A stretch of 64,000 bases of DNA, taken from Schizochytrium sp. TIO01 (lineage: Eukaryota; Protista; Bigyra: Labyrinthulomycetes). The stretch spans positions 930,001-994,000 of the forward strand of contig SMSO01000005.1 of NCBI GenBank assembly GCA_004764695.1, written 5' to 3'. Position 1 is the first letter of the stretch. Each line of letters starts with the position of its first letter. The notes beneath the pieces were generated by a model, which did not search any database, was not told the origin of the DNA, and was given only the letters and a program-made list of their open reading frames with translations. The position numbers were made by a program, and so were the translations under genes. Below are positions 1 through 10,700 of the stretch, piece by piece.

Positions 1-79
1 ACAAACAAACAAACAAACAAACAAACAAACAAACAAACAAACAAACAAACAAACAAACAAACAAACAAACAAACAAACA
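1..79. repeat. (ACAA)n microsatellite, runs off the left edge
   Basis: Perfect ACAA tetranucleotide run from position 1. Confidence 0.97.
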
Positions 80-1739
80 CTCAGTGCACTGCCGCAAAAC
101 TGTGGGGTTGGATGCTCGCAACGATAAATCCCCGGACCCGGTTTATTTCTTTGTTTGCGAGGTTCGGCGCCCGACAAGACGCCCCTTTGGATTTGTAGAC
201 CCTCTCGCGGTACCTCGATCGCAAAAAAGAAAAAGGAAAAGATTGCGAGCAGGGCTCTGGTGGCTCTGTGAAGAAAGGAGATGTTTCACCCGGGCTGCTT
301 GTTGCCTTCGAGATTCTGGCAAGAGCGCGCGCCGCGCTTCGATCCTTGGCGGTGCTACTTGCAGGAGCGTAGCTGCAAGCAAGGAGTTGCGAAGGATTAA
401 TAGACCTTGTGGTTGTTTTAATTCTTACTCCAGGAATTAAGAAAGCCGTCTTCACAATGGAGATCCGAAAACCAAGCGAAAATTCACGAGGACCTGATAG
501 TTTGGATTTATTTCTTTTAGTTTTTATAAATTTATATTCATTTTTCGTTTTCGAGTTTTTTAGTTTTTTTAAGGAAAACAAACATGTCGGTAGGCAACCT
601 ACCTGCATTGGCAAGAGGGACATGAAAAGAATATTCTGCATGCTGAGAAAGCAAAAGTAATATTAAGTAAGAAAAGATCACTAGGAGATGTCTCATATTT
701 TAATTTTAAAATCAAATAAAACAAACAGACTATTTGCCACGACGGCTTTCTTGAGTGAAATCACATACCCTTGTTTATATCCTCTAACACGAGGGGGTGT
801 TCTATGAATTGCTGTGTTTTCCTACTTCAGTTTTTAAATTAAATGTCAAGATCTTCACGTTATATCTTTCGTGTATGGTTTCTTGTGTATTGATTGAATT
901 AAAGATCTTATCTTTCTGTAGAATACTTACTATCACAGCATGGCAACTTGCAGGGTTACCATCACAAATTATATTCCCTTTTATCAACTATCACAGATAC
1001 ATTTAGTTTTTCTAATGCGAGATAACGAAACGCAAAGGTGCCATTTCGACATTTTGAAGTAGAATATTTCAAAATTCACAGACCAGTATGTATTGACCCT
1101 TTTCATGTTGTTTTTGTAGTTTCTAAGTTTTTAGAAAGACATTTCTTCTTTTAAATCATTTGACATGCAATTTTAAATCTACCTTGATATTTTTTCAGAA
1201 GAAAGTAATAGACCCAGCTTCACGCAGGAACACCTCCTAAATGGAATGATTTCTCAGATCCCGATCCGAGATACAACGTTGATACTCAGATAAGAAACAT
1301 GCAATTGCTACCTGTGCTCTCAAGAACTCTGGTGTGAATAGTGAATTTAAAGAGTCTAAGCACAACCATAGAGCTGATCCCCATATACTTCGACGTCTCG
1401 CCTGTTTTTTACCCTCTTACTGCAGCCTAAATCTACGTCTAACCTAGATACCTTCATGGAACATTAGGAACATCAAGGAATTTGATCATCTCCAGAATCG
1501 CATATAGAACAAAAGGAACCTTAGGAACATTTAGACGACCTTGACTGCAATACTTTTCTAAGCAAGAGGGAGGGAGTACCACGTGCAAATTGGACTACAA
1601 AATTTTGGAGCTTCTCTGCGAGTTCTGCTCCTCCAGCGTGTTCTTTTACCTGTTGAGCTTCTAGCTAGAGGGAAATCCCACTCCGAAGTCCATCTACTCG
1701 CTTGTTAAAACCTCGCCCAAATCCTTCCCTAGGTTACTT

Positions 1740-2065
1740 TGTAAACATCAGAAGCTTCATTCATTCCTGATAGCCTGTATAAACCCACAGTGCTTTGACT
1801 GTGGGGACATTGCGTGTCCTGGACAGGGTGTACGGTCCATGGTAATATAATCGTAATTTCGCGTGGTCCGGTTTTGTTGTGGACCTACCGGTGGACCTAC
1901 CGGTGCAGAGAGTGACATGGACCCTTCTTCTCCCCTATAACCACATACTTGGTTCAAAAGTCCGACCATGTCATCACATTTACTCACGGTGATGAGTTGT
2001 GAGTAACCCCACAGTAGCCATAAGCTGTGGGTATCTACAGAATGACAGGAAGCATTGTGTTTACA
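1740..2065. mobile_element. Degenerate MITE/foldback-like element with ~65 bp imperfect terminal inverted repeats
   Basis: 1740-1806 aligns with the reverse complement of 2007-2065 in blocks TGTAAACA, GCTTC, TCATT, CTGTA, ACCCACAG and ACTGTGGGG. Non-coding interior; no clear target-site duplication. Confidence 0.45.
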
Positions 2066-2423
2066 TACTAAAACGAAAGAAGAGTGAATAAGTATACTAC
2101 AGCGTTAGGAAGGAAACTCAATTAATGTTACTATAGATTAAAAGGAACAATAATTCAAAAATACAAGATACAACGGGGAATGATATGTTATTAAACATTA
2201 GTACGTGCTAAGCGGAAACATAAACTACATACGCTTGTTTAACGGGCACCTATAGCCTAAGAGGAATAGATTTGGGATAACTAGTTTATGTGTAATCATG
2301 AAGAATATAAGTTATGGATATACACAGGTTATAAGGAATGTAAGTTGAATGTGGTAATCTAGAGAGTAAGAGGAAAGAATTACTGCAATCGATCATGCAG
2401 ATTAAGGGGAATGCACACAGACA

Positions 2424-2463
2424 AAAAGCGTAGCGCAACACCCAGGCAAAAGCGTAGCGCAAC
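2424..2463 (+). repeat. Duplicated 16-mer AAAAGCGTAGCGCAAC upstream of the nuclease-kinase ORF
   Basis: Exact copies at 2424-2439 and 2448-2463, followed by GAGTT/GAGTC pentamer repeats at about 2525-2570. Confidence 0.85.
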
Positions 2464-2581
2464 GTGACGTGAACAAGAAGCAGAAAGAAGATCAAGCAAA
2501 GCCTCAATTTGGGAATCGCGTGCAGAGTTGAGTTGAGTCGAGTCGAATCGAAGTGTGTTGAGTTGAGTCGGGTTAGGAGCA

Positions 2582-4468
2582 ATGATCGGCGACATACAGT
2601 CGGTACCGGCACACCAGGCGTTGTGTCTGTTTCCGCTTATCACTGATATGCTGATAACACTTTGGGATCCAACCGCATCCTCCGAGCTACAGTCTATAGA
2701 GGCCTCAGCACAGGCTCATGAAGGTACGACACATGATTACGGTCAGTCTGCGGCTGTAAGTAGTACGACGCAACGTCCCACGGATGCCACCCCACCGACA
2801 GCAAGTGCTCAGACAAAGTTTAACCTAGTACCCTCTTCGGTGGAAAAATGGGGTACCTTCAACGAAGAAATGAAAATCGAAGAAATCATGGATGGTCAAG
2901 AGGAGCTCCTGAACGGAGTAATTGCTAACAATGTGTTCCGTCCTTTCGAAACAGAAGAGGATAGTGGTCTACCGAATGAAAGCTTTTGTGCATATGTAAT
3001 GAACATGAAGTTCCTTGGTCCATTCTTAGAGGATGTTGTTCGTAAAAACATGAAATTCAGGCGTTATGGTCTGCAATTTTTCAGTGAAGACGCGCATAGT
3101 GGTTTTCGAACTGATTGGACGATCGCTAGAGCAGCTAATCCTGATGACACCAACGACAACGTAGACGTGCACTGTGGTATGCGAGCAACGGGCCCCAGGG
3201 AGCGATACGCTATAATTGTGCACGAGCACAAAGCCTGTGCTAAATTTCCCAACTCCGTCAAACGAGCTGACGTTCTCGAAGAAGCTGAAGTAGAAGCTGA
3301 ACAACGACACGTTACTATTCAAGAAGTCCTCCAACAACAAGTTCTTCATCACGTGCATGATGATCTAAAGGACTACTGGTATCACTTCGAGAAAGTCAAG
3401 AAGTACTCGGACGCCCGAATTAGAGACTTCAGGTCGCCTATTGTACAGGTTTATGTGTACATGCTCCGTATGTGCGTCCGCTACGGTGTCTTGAGTACGA
3501 CGGATCGCACGTGGTTTATGAAACTGGAGCCGGACAACACATTACTTGTTTCGCAGGTATTTGAGGGCATTGGAACAGGAGAAGAATCTGTCAAGCTTGC
3601 ATACGCTGCTTTTATTGTGAACGCGTTGCAAAATGCAAAGCTTGAGTTGAATGAAGCGGAACGAGAAAGGATCTTTACGTCTGTTCCATTTGTTGACGGT
3701 ACGCTGCTCAAGGATATGACGCAATGGCAAGGCTCGTACAACATGCTTGTCGGTAAAAGTGCTGGTGGTAGTGGTGGTCTTGTTTCCTCAATGGTCAACG
3801 CAGCAAAGCGCATCACAGGTAGAGGTAATAAGGGTGCTACCCAGAATATGAATACTACCACTTCCTCGAGCGACGGCGATGAATCGATGATCAAGAAGCT
3901 GAAAGCTCTCCAAGACTCGCTACCGTGCACTGTTGAACAGTTCCCGTATCGAGGCGGACTTGAAGGTGTCGTTAAGCAGTACCCGATGGGTCAGTACTCG
4001 ATCTCGGCACATACAGTGGCATTCGGTGTCGATTATGTTGCCAAAGTTATGACTCCCAAGAACGACTCTAGACAGTATAAGATGGATGCGATTGCAAGCT
4101 TCGAGAATGAAATGGCTGTGTATGAGGAACTGCGACCGCTGATGGGCATTCACATCCCGTTTTACTTGTTCGGTGGAAGGCACATGTTCAACGATTTACT
4201 GATTGCAGTCTCGTACCACGGTGATGCACTTTCTCAGTTACCGAAAGCGTCGATCACCAGTGAGATCAAGCACAAGGCTCGTGCAGCACTGTCAGCTGTG
4301 CACGAGTACGGCGTTGCGCACAATGACATTCGGTTGAACAACTTTGTCGTAGACCACATTGGAGCGGTGAGGGTGATTGACTTCGGCATGGCAACGGTTG
4401 GAGCAAGTGACAAGATGATTGCAGATGATAATGCTGCTTTTGACAAGCTCTTTGTGTTTGTTGAATAA
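2582..4468 (+). CDS. Fusion of a PD-(D/E)xK restriction-endonuclease-fold domain and an atypical protein kinase (Crinkler REase-kinase / Spok-like architecture)
   Basis: 628-aa ORF. Nuclease-like motifs RTDW...VHEHKACAKF...IVQVYVYM..CVRYGVLSTTDRTWF. Kinase motifs YVAKV, ENEMAVYEEL, HNDIRLNN and VIDFG, with a very short C-lobe. Start uncertain; a possible in-frame GT-AG intron lies at 2603-2692. Confidence 0.8.
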   Translation: MIGDIQSVPAHQALCLFPLITDMLITLWDPTASSELQSIEASAQAHEGTTHDYGQSAAVSSTTQRPTDATPPTASAQTKFNLVPSSVEKWGTFNEEMKIEEIMDGQEELLNGVIANNVFRPFETEEDSGLPNESFCAYVMNMKFLGPFLEDVVRKNMKFRRYGLQFFSEDAHSGFRTDWTIARAANPDDTNDNVDVHCGMRATGPRERYAIIVHEHKACAKFPNSVKRADVLEEAEVEAEQRHVTIQEVLQQQVLHHVHDDLKDYWYHFEKVKKYSDARIRDFRSPIVQVYVYMLRMCVRYGVLSTTDRTWFMKLEPDNTLLVSQVFEGIGTGEESVKLAYAAFIVNALQNAKLELNEAERERIFTSVPFVDGTLLKDMTQWQGSYNMLVGKSAGGSGGLVSSMVNAAKRITGRGNKGATQNMNTTTSSSDGDESMIKKLKALQDSLPCTVEQFPYRGGLEGVVKQYPMGQYSISAHTVAFGVDYVAKVMTPKNDSRQYKMDAIASFENEMAVYEELRPLMGIHIPFYLFGGRHMFNDLLIAVSYHGDALSQLPKASITSEIKHKARAALSAVHEYGVAHNDIRLNNFVVDHIGAVRVIDFGMATVGASDKMIADDNAAFDKLFVFVE

Positions 4469-4655
4469 TAATTACAAAGTCCCAAACAAACGAGCAAAGT
4501 TTAACATGTAACATTTAAGTTTTAGTTTTCATTGGAATCAATCCTTTAATTCGGCGGGACGAGGTGGGAACTCACCGCCCAGGTACGCACACATTTCTGG
4601 AAAGTGGCGAGTGTAGTACGAGCATGCGCGAAAACACTGAGCAACACTGTGCATC

Positions 4656-5843
4656 TCACCGCCATAAGGAATTTTTATCAAAAGGGAAGAATTTCGTCGC
4701 AACATGCAGGCGCAAAGCATGCGCTCTCACCTCCCTCTTCAAAAAATCCGAGTAAAGCTTCACGGGAGCTATTTCAAATTCACGAGGTATTCTGTCTAGC
4801 AGTGAGTAATAGGCCCCACCTCTGCGGGTATAATGATATAGCGACACGCGTAGAGGATAAACAGGATTGATGTTTATCAATGCAGCCATCCACTTGGAGT
4901 CTGAATCAATCGAACTTTCTACGCAAATATGAGCATCACATGGCCAGCTCGTGATAAGTAGCAACAAGTCTAATAACACATGAACAATACTAAATGACCT
5001 ATGCGCGGTACGATCATAACCTTTGAGTCCTGGAAAGGAAATCGTGAGAAACCGAGGACGTGCGATGCACACGCACTTTCTTAAGATCGCACGCGTTGCT
5101 TTTGCATCCAAATCTTCGATAGTAAATGTGAGAAAGAGGAACCTTGTGCTATATGTACACCGTTCTTCTATCCATTAGTCACTGCATTGTTCGATGTTAT
5201 TATTGAACGTAAACGAAAAGCCGTTAATAGCTTGTGATCGTGTACAAAATTCAGATTCTTCAAACACGCGTTTTATATCACTGTCGGGTTCCCCAGGGAA
5301 AGAATAAGGATCGAGTAGAGGTACTTGCAATAGTAATACAAACGGTAGCAATCTACGGTCGATCGGGACTTTGTGCTCGACACGAGAGGAGCCGATAACT
5401 GCTAATTCAAGTTCTTTCAATTTGGGATTCATCAAAGTCGGGCTATACAATTCTTCCAATGACTGGGTTTCATCATAAATAGGACAGTTCGCATTTTGCC
5501 TTCCCACCTGTATGCCTGTGTGAGAGTTACTCAAGAAATATTGTCCTTAAAACACCAAGAAATAGTGAAAACTCTCGCAATATTGCACGGTTTTTAATGC
5601 ACGAGGCACCAACTCAAAACATCGTCCAAGTTGCTCCTTGTGGGCACGAGAAATGTGTTCTAGATCGTCTTGTAACAGCTGGAAATACGTTTGGATACGT
5701 GTAGCGTCTGAACCATCACATATAGCATATTTCAGTGCGCAGAAATGATGATATTCACGCTCCACTAGAGCAGGGATATTTGCCGATTGCATTTTCCTTT
5801 TATGAGTTAAGGAACTACTGGGCTTCGGCGTTGGAGTAGACAT
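4656..5843 (-). pseudogene. Disrupted ~395-codon gene of unknown function
   Basis: ORFs 5547-5843, 5175-5534 and 4656-5111 share one frame and are separated only by single TAA codons at 5547-5549 and 5175-5177. ATG at 5843, TGA at 4656. Confidence 0.65.
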
Positions 5844-6511
5844 AGGCGTTTAAAATTTGTTGGAAGTCAAGCGTTTACAATAGAACACTTCTACTTTACT
5901 CTAGCTCTTCTCCAGGCTGGACTGACCTGGCGTTGGGAACACATCCTACTGGCTTTACTAACAAACGCGATGAAAACACATATAATATATATATATATAT
6001 ATATGTGGAAAGATACTCTCTACAGAATTCATCCCTGCTGCTGATGCTGCTGTTGAATCGACCAAATAAACCTCGCACCAATGCTAAACAAGACGTATCC
6101 GTTTTCTGACCCTGGCGGCCTCAATACATTGCCAACCTAATTCCTCGAACCAAATCTGATCGAATTGATTGCATTTCCCACCCCCTAAGAGTGCTGAATG
6201 ACAATAACAAGACAAAAGGAACTCTTCTTATAAGGAAAGCAAGACGAGCAATAAGAAAATCCAAATAAGTCACAGAGGCGACAAGTTTGCGACGCAATCC
6301 ACCACCGCTACTGCGCTACCACTGTGAACTCTCTGCGTTGAGCTCACAAAAGGAATACTGTGAGAGCTATCTACGGTAGGGGAGTTACCCTTTCGCAGCC
6401 ACGAACCTATTTGCCTGCGTCGCAGCCGCCGTTGTGGCCCTTTTGGCGGTGCTCATTTCCAGCCTGCTCACGCCGTTTTTAGACACAGGAACAACGTTGA
6501 CAGCGGAAGCC

Positions 6512-7405
6512 ATGGCCCAGCGCAGAGCTGTCCCATCCTCTTCGGAGTCAGGCTCTGGTGTTGAGACAAAGTCAAAGTCTGGCAAAGACTTTCCGCTCAA
6601 AGCCGTGTCTGTAGTGGTGCCATGCTACGAGGAGGCCTTGAACGTTCGGCCACTGTGCGAAAGGCTGTTTGCTGCCACGAAAAAAGCTGGACTCGAGACG
6701 GAGCTACTTCTTGTGGACGACTACTCTGGACAGGGATCTAAGGATACGCAAGATGTGGTGCAGCAACTGCGCAAGGAGGGCTACAAGATTGACGTGAAGG
6801 TTCGTATGCCTGAGGAAGGTAAAGGCCTCAGCTCTGCAGTACTCGCGGGCCTCAAGATGGCCAAACATGAAACTATGCTTGTCATGGACGCAGACTTGCA
6901 GCATGAGCCGGAGAGTGTACCGGATGTTGCAGGACCAATTCTCCGAGGCGAGGCTGACTTTGCCGTGGGTAGCCGTCATGTCGAAGGTGGCAAGGCAGAG
7001 AACTTCCCGCTAGTGCGACAGCTTATTAGCTTCGTGGCGACTGCATTAGCATACCCCCTCACGCCATCAACAGACCCCATGAGCGGGTTTTTTGCCATCT
7101 CTAAGACAACCTTTAACCGTGGATGTGCTAACATTAACCCGATGGGCTTCAAGATCGGTCTCGAGCTGATGGTACGATGTGGATGCAAGAATGTCAAGGA
7201 TGTGCCCATCACATTTCGTGACCGTGAGGCTGGTGAATCCAAGCTCACTATGAAGCAGAACTTTTATTACCTGCAACACTTGGCCTACTTATATTGGTTT
7301 AAGTATGCCCCACTTGTGGTTATCGTGTTCTGGATCTGCATTGCGATTCTCTACTTTGCTGGACGTTTTGTCTACGACACCTTCTTGCTCGAAGAACAAA
7401 AGTAA
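6512..7405 (+). CDS. DPM1: Dolichol-phosphate mannosyltransferase (GT2), yeast-type with a C-terminal TM anchor
   Basis: Motifs SVVVPCYEE, LLVDD, GLSSAV, VMDADLQH, TDPMSGFF, GFKIGLEL and RDREAGESKL, plus a hydrophobic C-terminal helix. First ATG in the ORF is at 6512. Confidence 0.93.
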   Translation: MAQRRAVPSSSESGSGVETKSKSGKDFPLKAVSVVVPCYEEALNVRPLCERLFAATKKAGLETELLLVDDYSGQGSKDTQDVVQQLRKEGYKIDVKVRMPEEGKGLSSAVLAGLKMAKHETMLVMDADLQHEPESVPDVAGPILRGEADFAVGSRHVEGGKAENFPLVRQLISFVATALAYPLTPSTDPMSGFFAISKTTFNRGCANINPMGFKIGLELMVRCGCKNVKDVPITFRDREAGESKLTMKQNFYYLQHLAYLYWFKYAPLVVIVFWICIAILYFAGRFVYDTFLLEEQK

Positions 7406-7771
7406 AATATACAACCGTGACCCTAAAAAACACAACTATGATGCACTTGCTTTTTTTTGTTTCCTATGTTTTCAACTCTGCGTCCTTGACGTTGCACAGT
7501 GAACTTTTCTTTTGATAATGTTAATCTTTCATAATGATTTACTTTTAAATATTCTTAACCCTACGAGGTTTTCTCTTGAAGACTCAGGCGAGTTTATCGC
7601 CCTTCTCAATGAGGGACTAACCAGACTTCAGATATCCGTTTATGCTTGTGTAAGTATATTTAGTGTTCAATCATACTCGCACGGTAACTATTAAGCACAA
7701 ATCGAGCGTACCGAATCTCCACAAATATATGTGTTTATATCTCTTTCAGTCCTGTGTATATATGTGTTCAA

Positions 7772-10700
7772 CTAACCCCTTTGCTGTTGAAATCCTGATT
7801 TGACGATCCAACGACCGTTACGCAAATCAGCAAGCTGGCGAAGCATCTGCCGAAACAGCTCTGCATCAGGCCTAGCCTCGTGATCACCAAACTTCTCTAA
7901 AATATCATCTGTGGAGCGCGGGCGTGGTCCTGCATTAAGAAACTCCAACAAATCTCTAAGAAACATCATGTGTGGGTCATCTGTATTAGACAGCAATGCT
8001 TGAATGTGGCTTTCAGCAGCAGTTGAAGCAGAGCCTTGCTCACGCAGACGTTGTAATAACTCTGCACTGGCAGATCCCCCAAAGCGCCCTGCATCGCCCG
8101 ATTGCCCGGTCCAGGTTGGAATATGAACATTTGAGGCATCACGGCGAGTACGTTCTTGGTCACGGCGAAGTGCTTCAGCAGCACGCTGAGCAATTCGTGC
8201 GGCTTCTTCGGCCACGATTCTTTGATCCGGTGTTGCTTCTGCGGCTCGCTCGACTACATTGTGTTCAAAAGCTTGACGAAATCCACTATGATCAAAGAGC
8301 GATTGCAAAATATTGTTATCGCCATTCCCTTGCCCATTGCCATTACCAGGTGCAGAGGATGAGGAAGACGACCCCCCTGCCCAGCTATTCTCGAATAGGT
8401 CCGAGGTTTCCGTGCCGACAGCGTTGACAGCTCGTTGGGCTGCTGCAACGCTAGCACTGACTTCATCAGCTGTTAGCTCTTCCGGTTCTTCCGAACTTCT
8501 TGCAGCATCCTGTCGCTGCTGAACGCGCTTCTTCTTGCGCATAGAAAAACTTTTTCCAGTCTTTGATGGTTCTGAGGCAGTTGCTAAACCGCCACTCTCG
8601 TCTAATGTAAAGAGATCGCGCATATTTGATACTTTGGAAAAACGGGATTGTCGTGCATCTGTGAGAATCTTGTTTGACAGGTATTGCTTGAATATTTGGC
8701 GATGGTAGATCTTCTCCTCAATCGTGCCGCCTGTGATCAACCGGTAGATTGTAACCTCACGCTTCTGACCGATACGCCAAGCACGCTCGCGAGCTTGCAT
8801 GTCTGTACTAGGGTTCCAGTCGGGATCAAAAATTAGCACACGATTTGCTCCAGTTAAATTGATACCAAGACCTCCAACCTTTGTTGTAAGTAAGAACACG
8901 AAGATTCCTTCTCGAGAATCGTTGAAACGATTGATTAGCTTTGCGCGTGTTGACACTTGAGTTGTACCGTCCATGCGAAGGTAGTTATATCCTTCAAGTT
9001 GCAAAAAACGTTGCAAAATATCGAGCATCAGTCTACCTTGCGTGAATAACAGCACACGGTGACCTTCCTGAAACCAGCTTCTCATAATAATCCGAAGAAC
9101 CATCATTTTGCCTGAGCGATTTACCAGCCGTTCGAGTGGATTTTCTTTAATCCACCCTCCGTCACCGCCCAGGCCATCCATATCATCTACCAAAACTTTT
9201 TCCCATGCATCCTTGCCCTTGAGTGAAGCAGCTTGTCGAAGCTTTTCAAAATAAATATCTGGGTGGTTGCAAATATGCTGTAGCGCGCGAATTAATTTGA
9301 ATGTGGTTTTACGTGATTTGCTCTCCCGGGAACTATGGATCAATTCATCAACTTCAGGCCGAGCCAAGAACATCTTGTAAGCATCACGTTGGACTCGAGT
9401 TAGGTTGCAGAAAATAATTTGCTCGTGCTTTTGTGGGAGACTTTGAGCGACATCCTTCTTCATGCGACGAATTAGATGTGGATCTATTGTTTCCTTCAAT
9501 ACTTTAGCACATTGATATGCAGCCTGCACCTGAGCAGCGTTGGCCGAGGCATACCCTCCTTGATTAATTGGAATCGAAAAACTACGCTCAAACATTGGCA
9601 GCGTTCCAAGCAGGCCGGGTGCAACAAAATCTACTAGGGTCCACAATTCACGCAGGTTGTTCTGAATTGGCGAGCCAGACATAATAATGCGATGATTAGT
9701 TTGAAACTGTTTGCAGACCATTGTAATCTCAGCGTCAGGGTTACGAACTTTATGGCCCTCATCGAGAATGATATAACCCCACCGCCGCCTCAGCAGGAGA
9801 TCCCGCGACATACGCAATCCTTGATATGTGGTCACTAAGATGGCCTTGTGTTTAACAGCCAAGGCAATAATTCGTGCTCGAGATAGACCACCCTCCGCCA
9901 TAGCACGTCCTGACGAATGGAGAACATATATCCGCGTCTGAGGAGCCCATGTGTTCAATTCAGACACCCACTGTGCGATCGTGGTTGCAGGACATGTAAC
10001 AATCGATGGTTCCATAATATTAGAGCATTTAAGCGAGCCCATGAAAGAACCCATTTGTACAGTTTTACCAAGACCCATCTCATCACCAAGAATACCACCT
10101 GTACTTTTACGATGAAGATCCCAGAACCACTCCATAGCATCACGCTGGTAATCGAATAAACGAGACCAAGTTCGGCGCGGCAAACGTAGTCCACCAACAA
10201 GCCTATGATATTTAGACTCTCCACGTTGCGCCGTATCCTCGGCTTCAACTTCCGCATCTTCCATCTCTTGAGAATAAGCATCCGCCTCTGCCTCCGACTT
10301 CCCTTGATCAATTGCCTGTTCCCAGTGATAGGCCCAGCTTGCGTTGCGTTGTTTAGAATGAAGCCTGCGATTTTCAAAGTCCGCGTCGTAGAGGTCATCC
10401 ATGACATACCGTGGTGTTGACTTACCAGAGGGGCCAACACCTTTGTTATCATTGTTACCTTCATTAATAACCTCAATGTCGTCGTCATCAAGCATACTCA
10501 CAGTATTGTCGACATTGTCTACACCTTCGTCATCATCGTCATCAGAATCGGAGTCAAGTGAGGATACTGATCCATCTGACGCAGAAAGTTCGAGATCGTC
10601 ATCATTAATTTGGTTTTCGTCATCATCATCTGCATTCGCCTCATCATTGAATGCACCAGCTTGCTTAGAGGAGCGTCGAGTCGAACAACGGCTTGCATGT

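Noticed and set aside
81-1200. Short ORFs at the left end, and the many antisense or nested ORFs in the track
   Set aside because: They have no recognisable motifs and are mostly shadows of real genes or translations of simple repeats.
1786-1880. CACAGTG heptamer and GGTTTTGT as a RAG/Transib recombination signal
   Set aside because: Spacing and orientation do not fit a 12/23 signal, and no transposase is present.
4656-5843. Ciliate-type genetic code (TAA=Gln)
   Set aside because: Several conserved genes in the window end at TAA, for example DPM1, EAF3 and RBM34.
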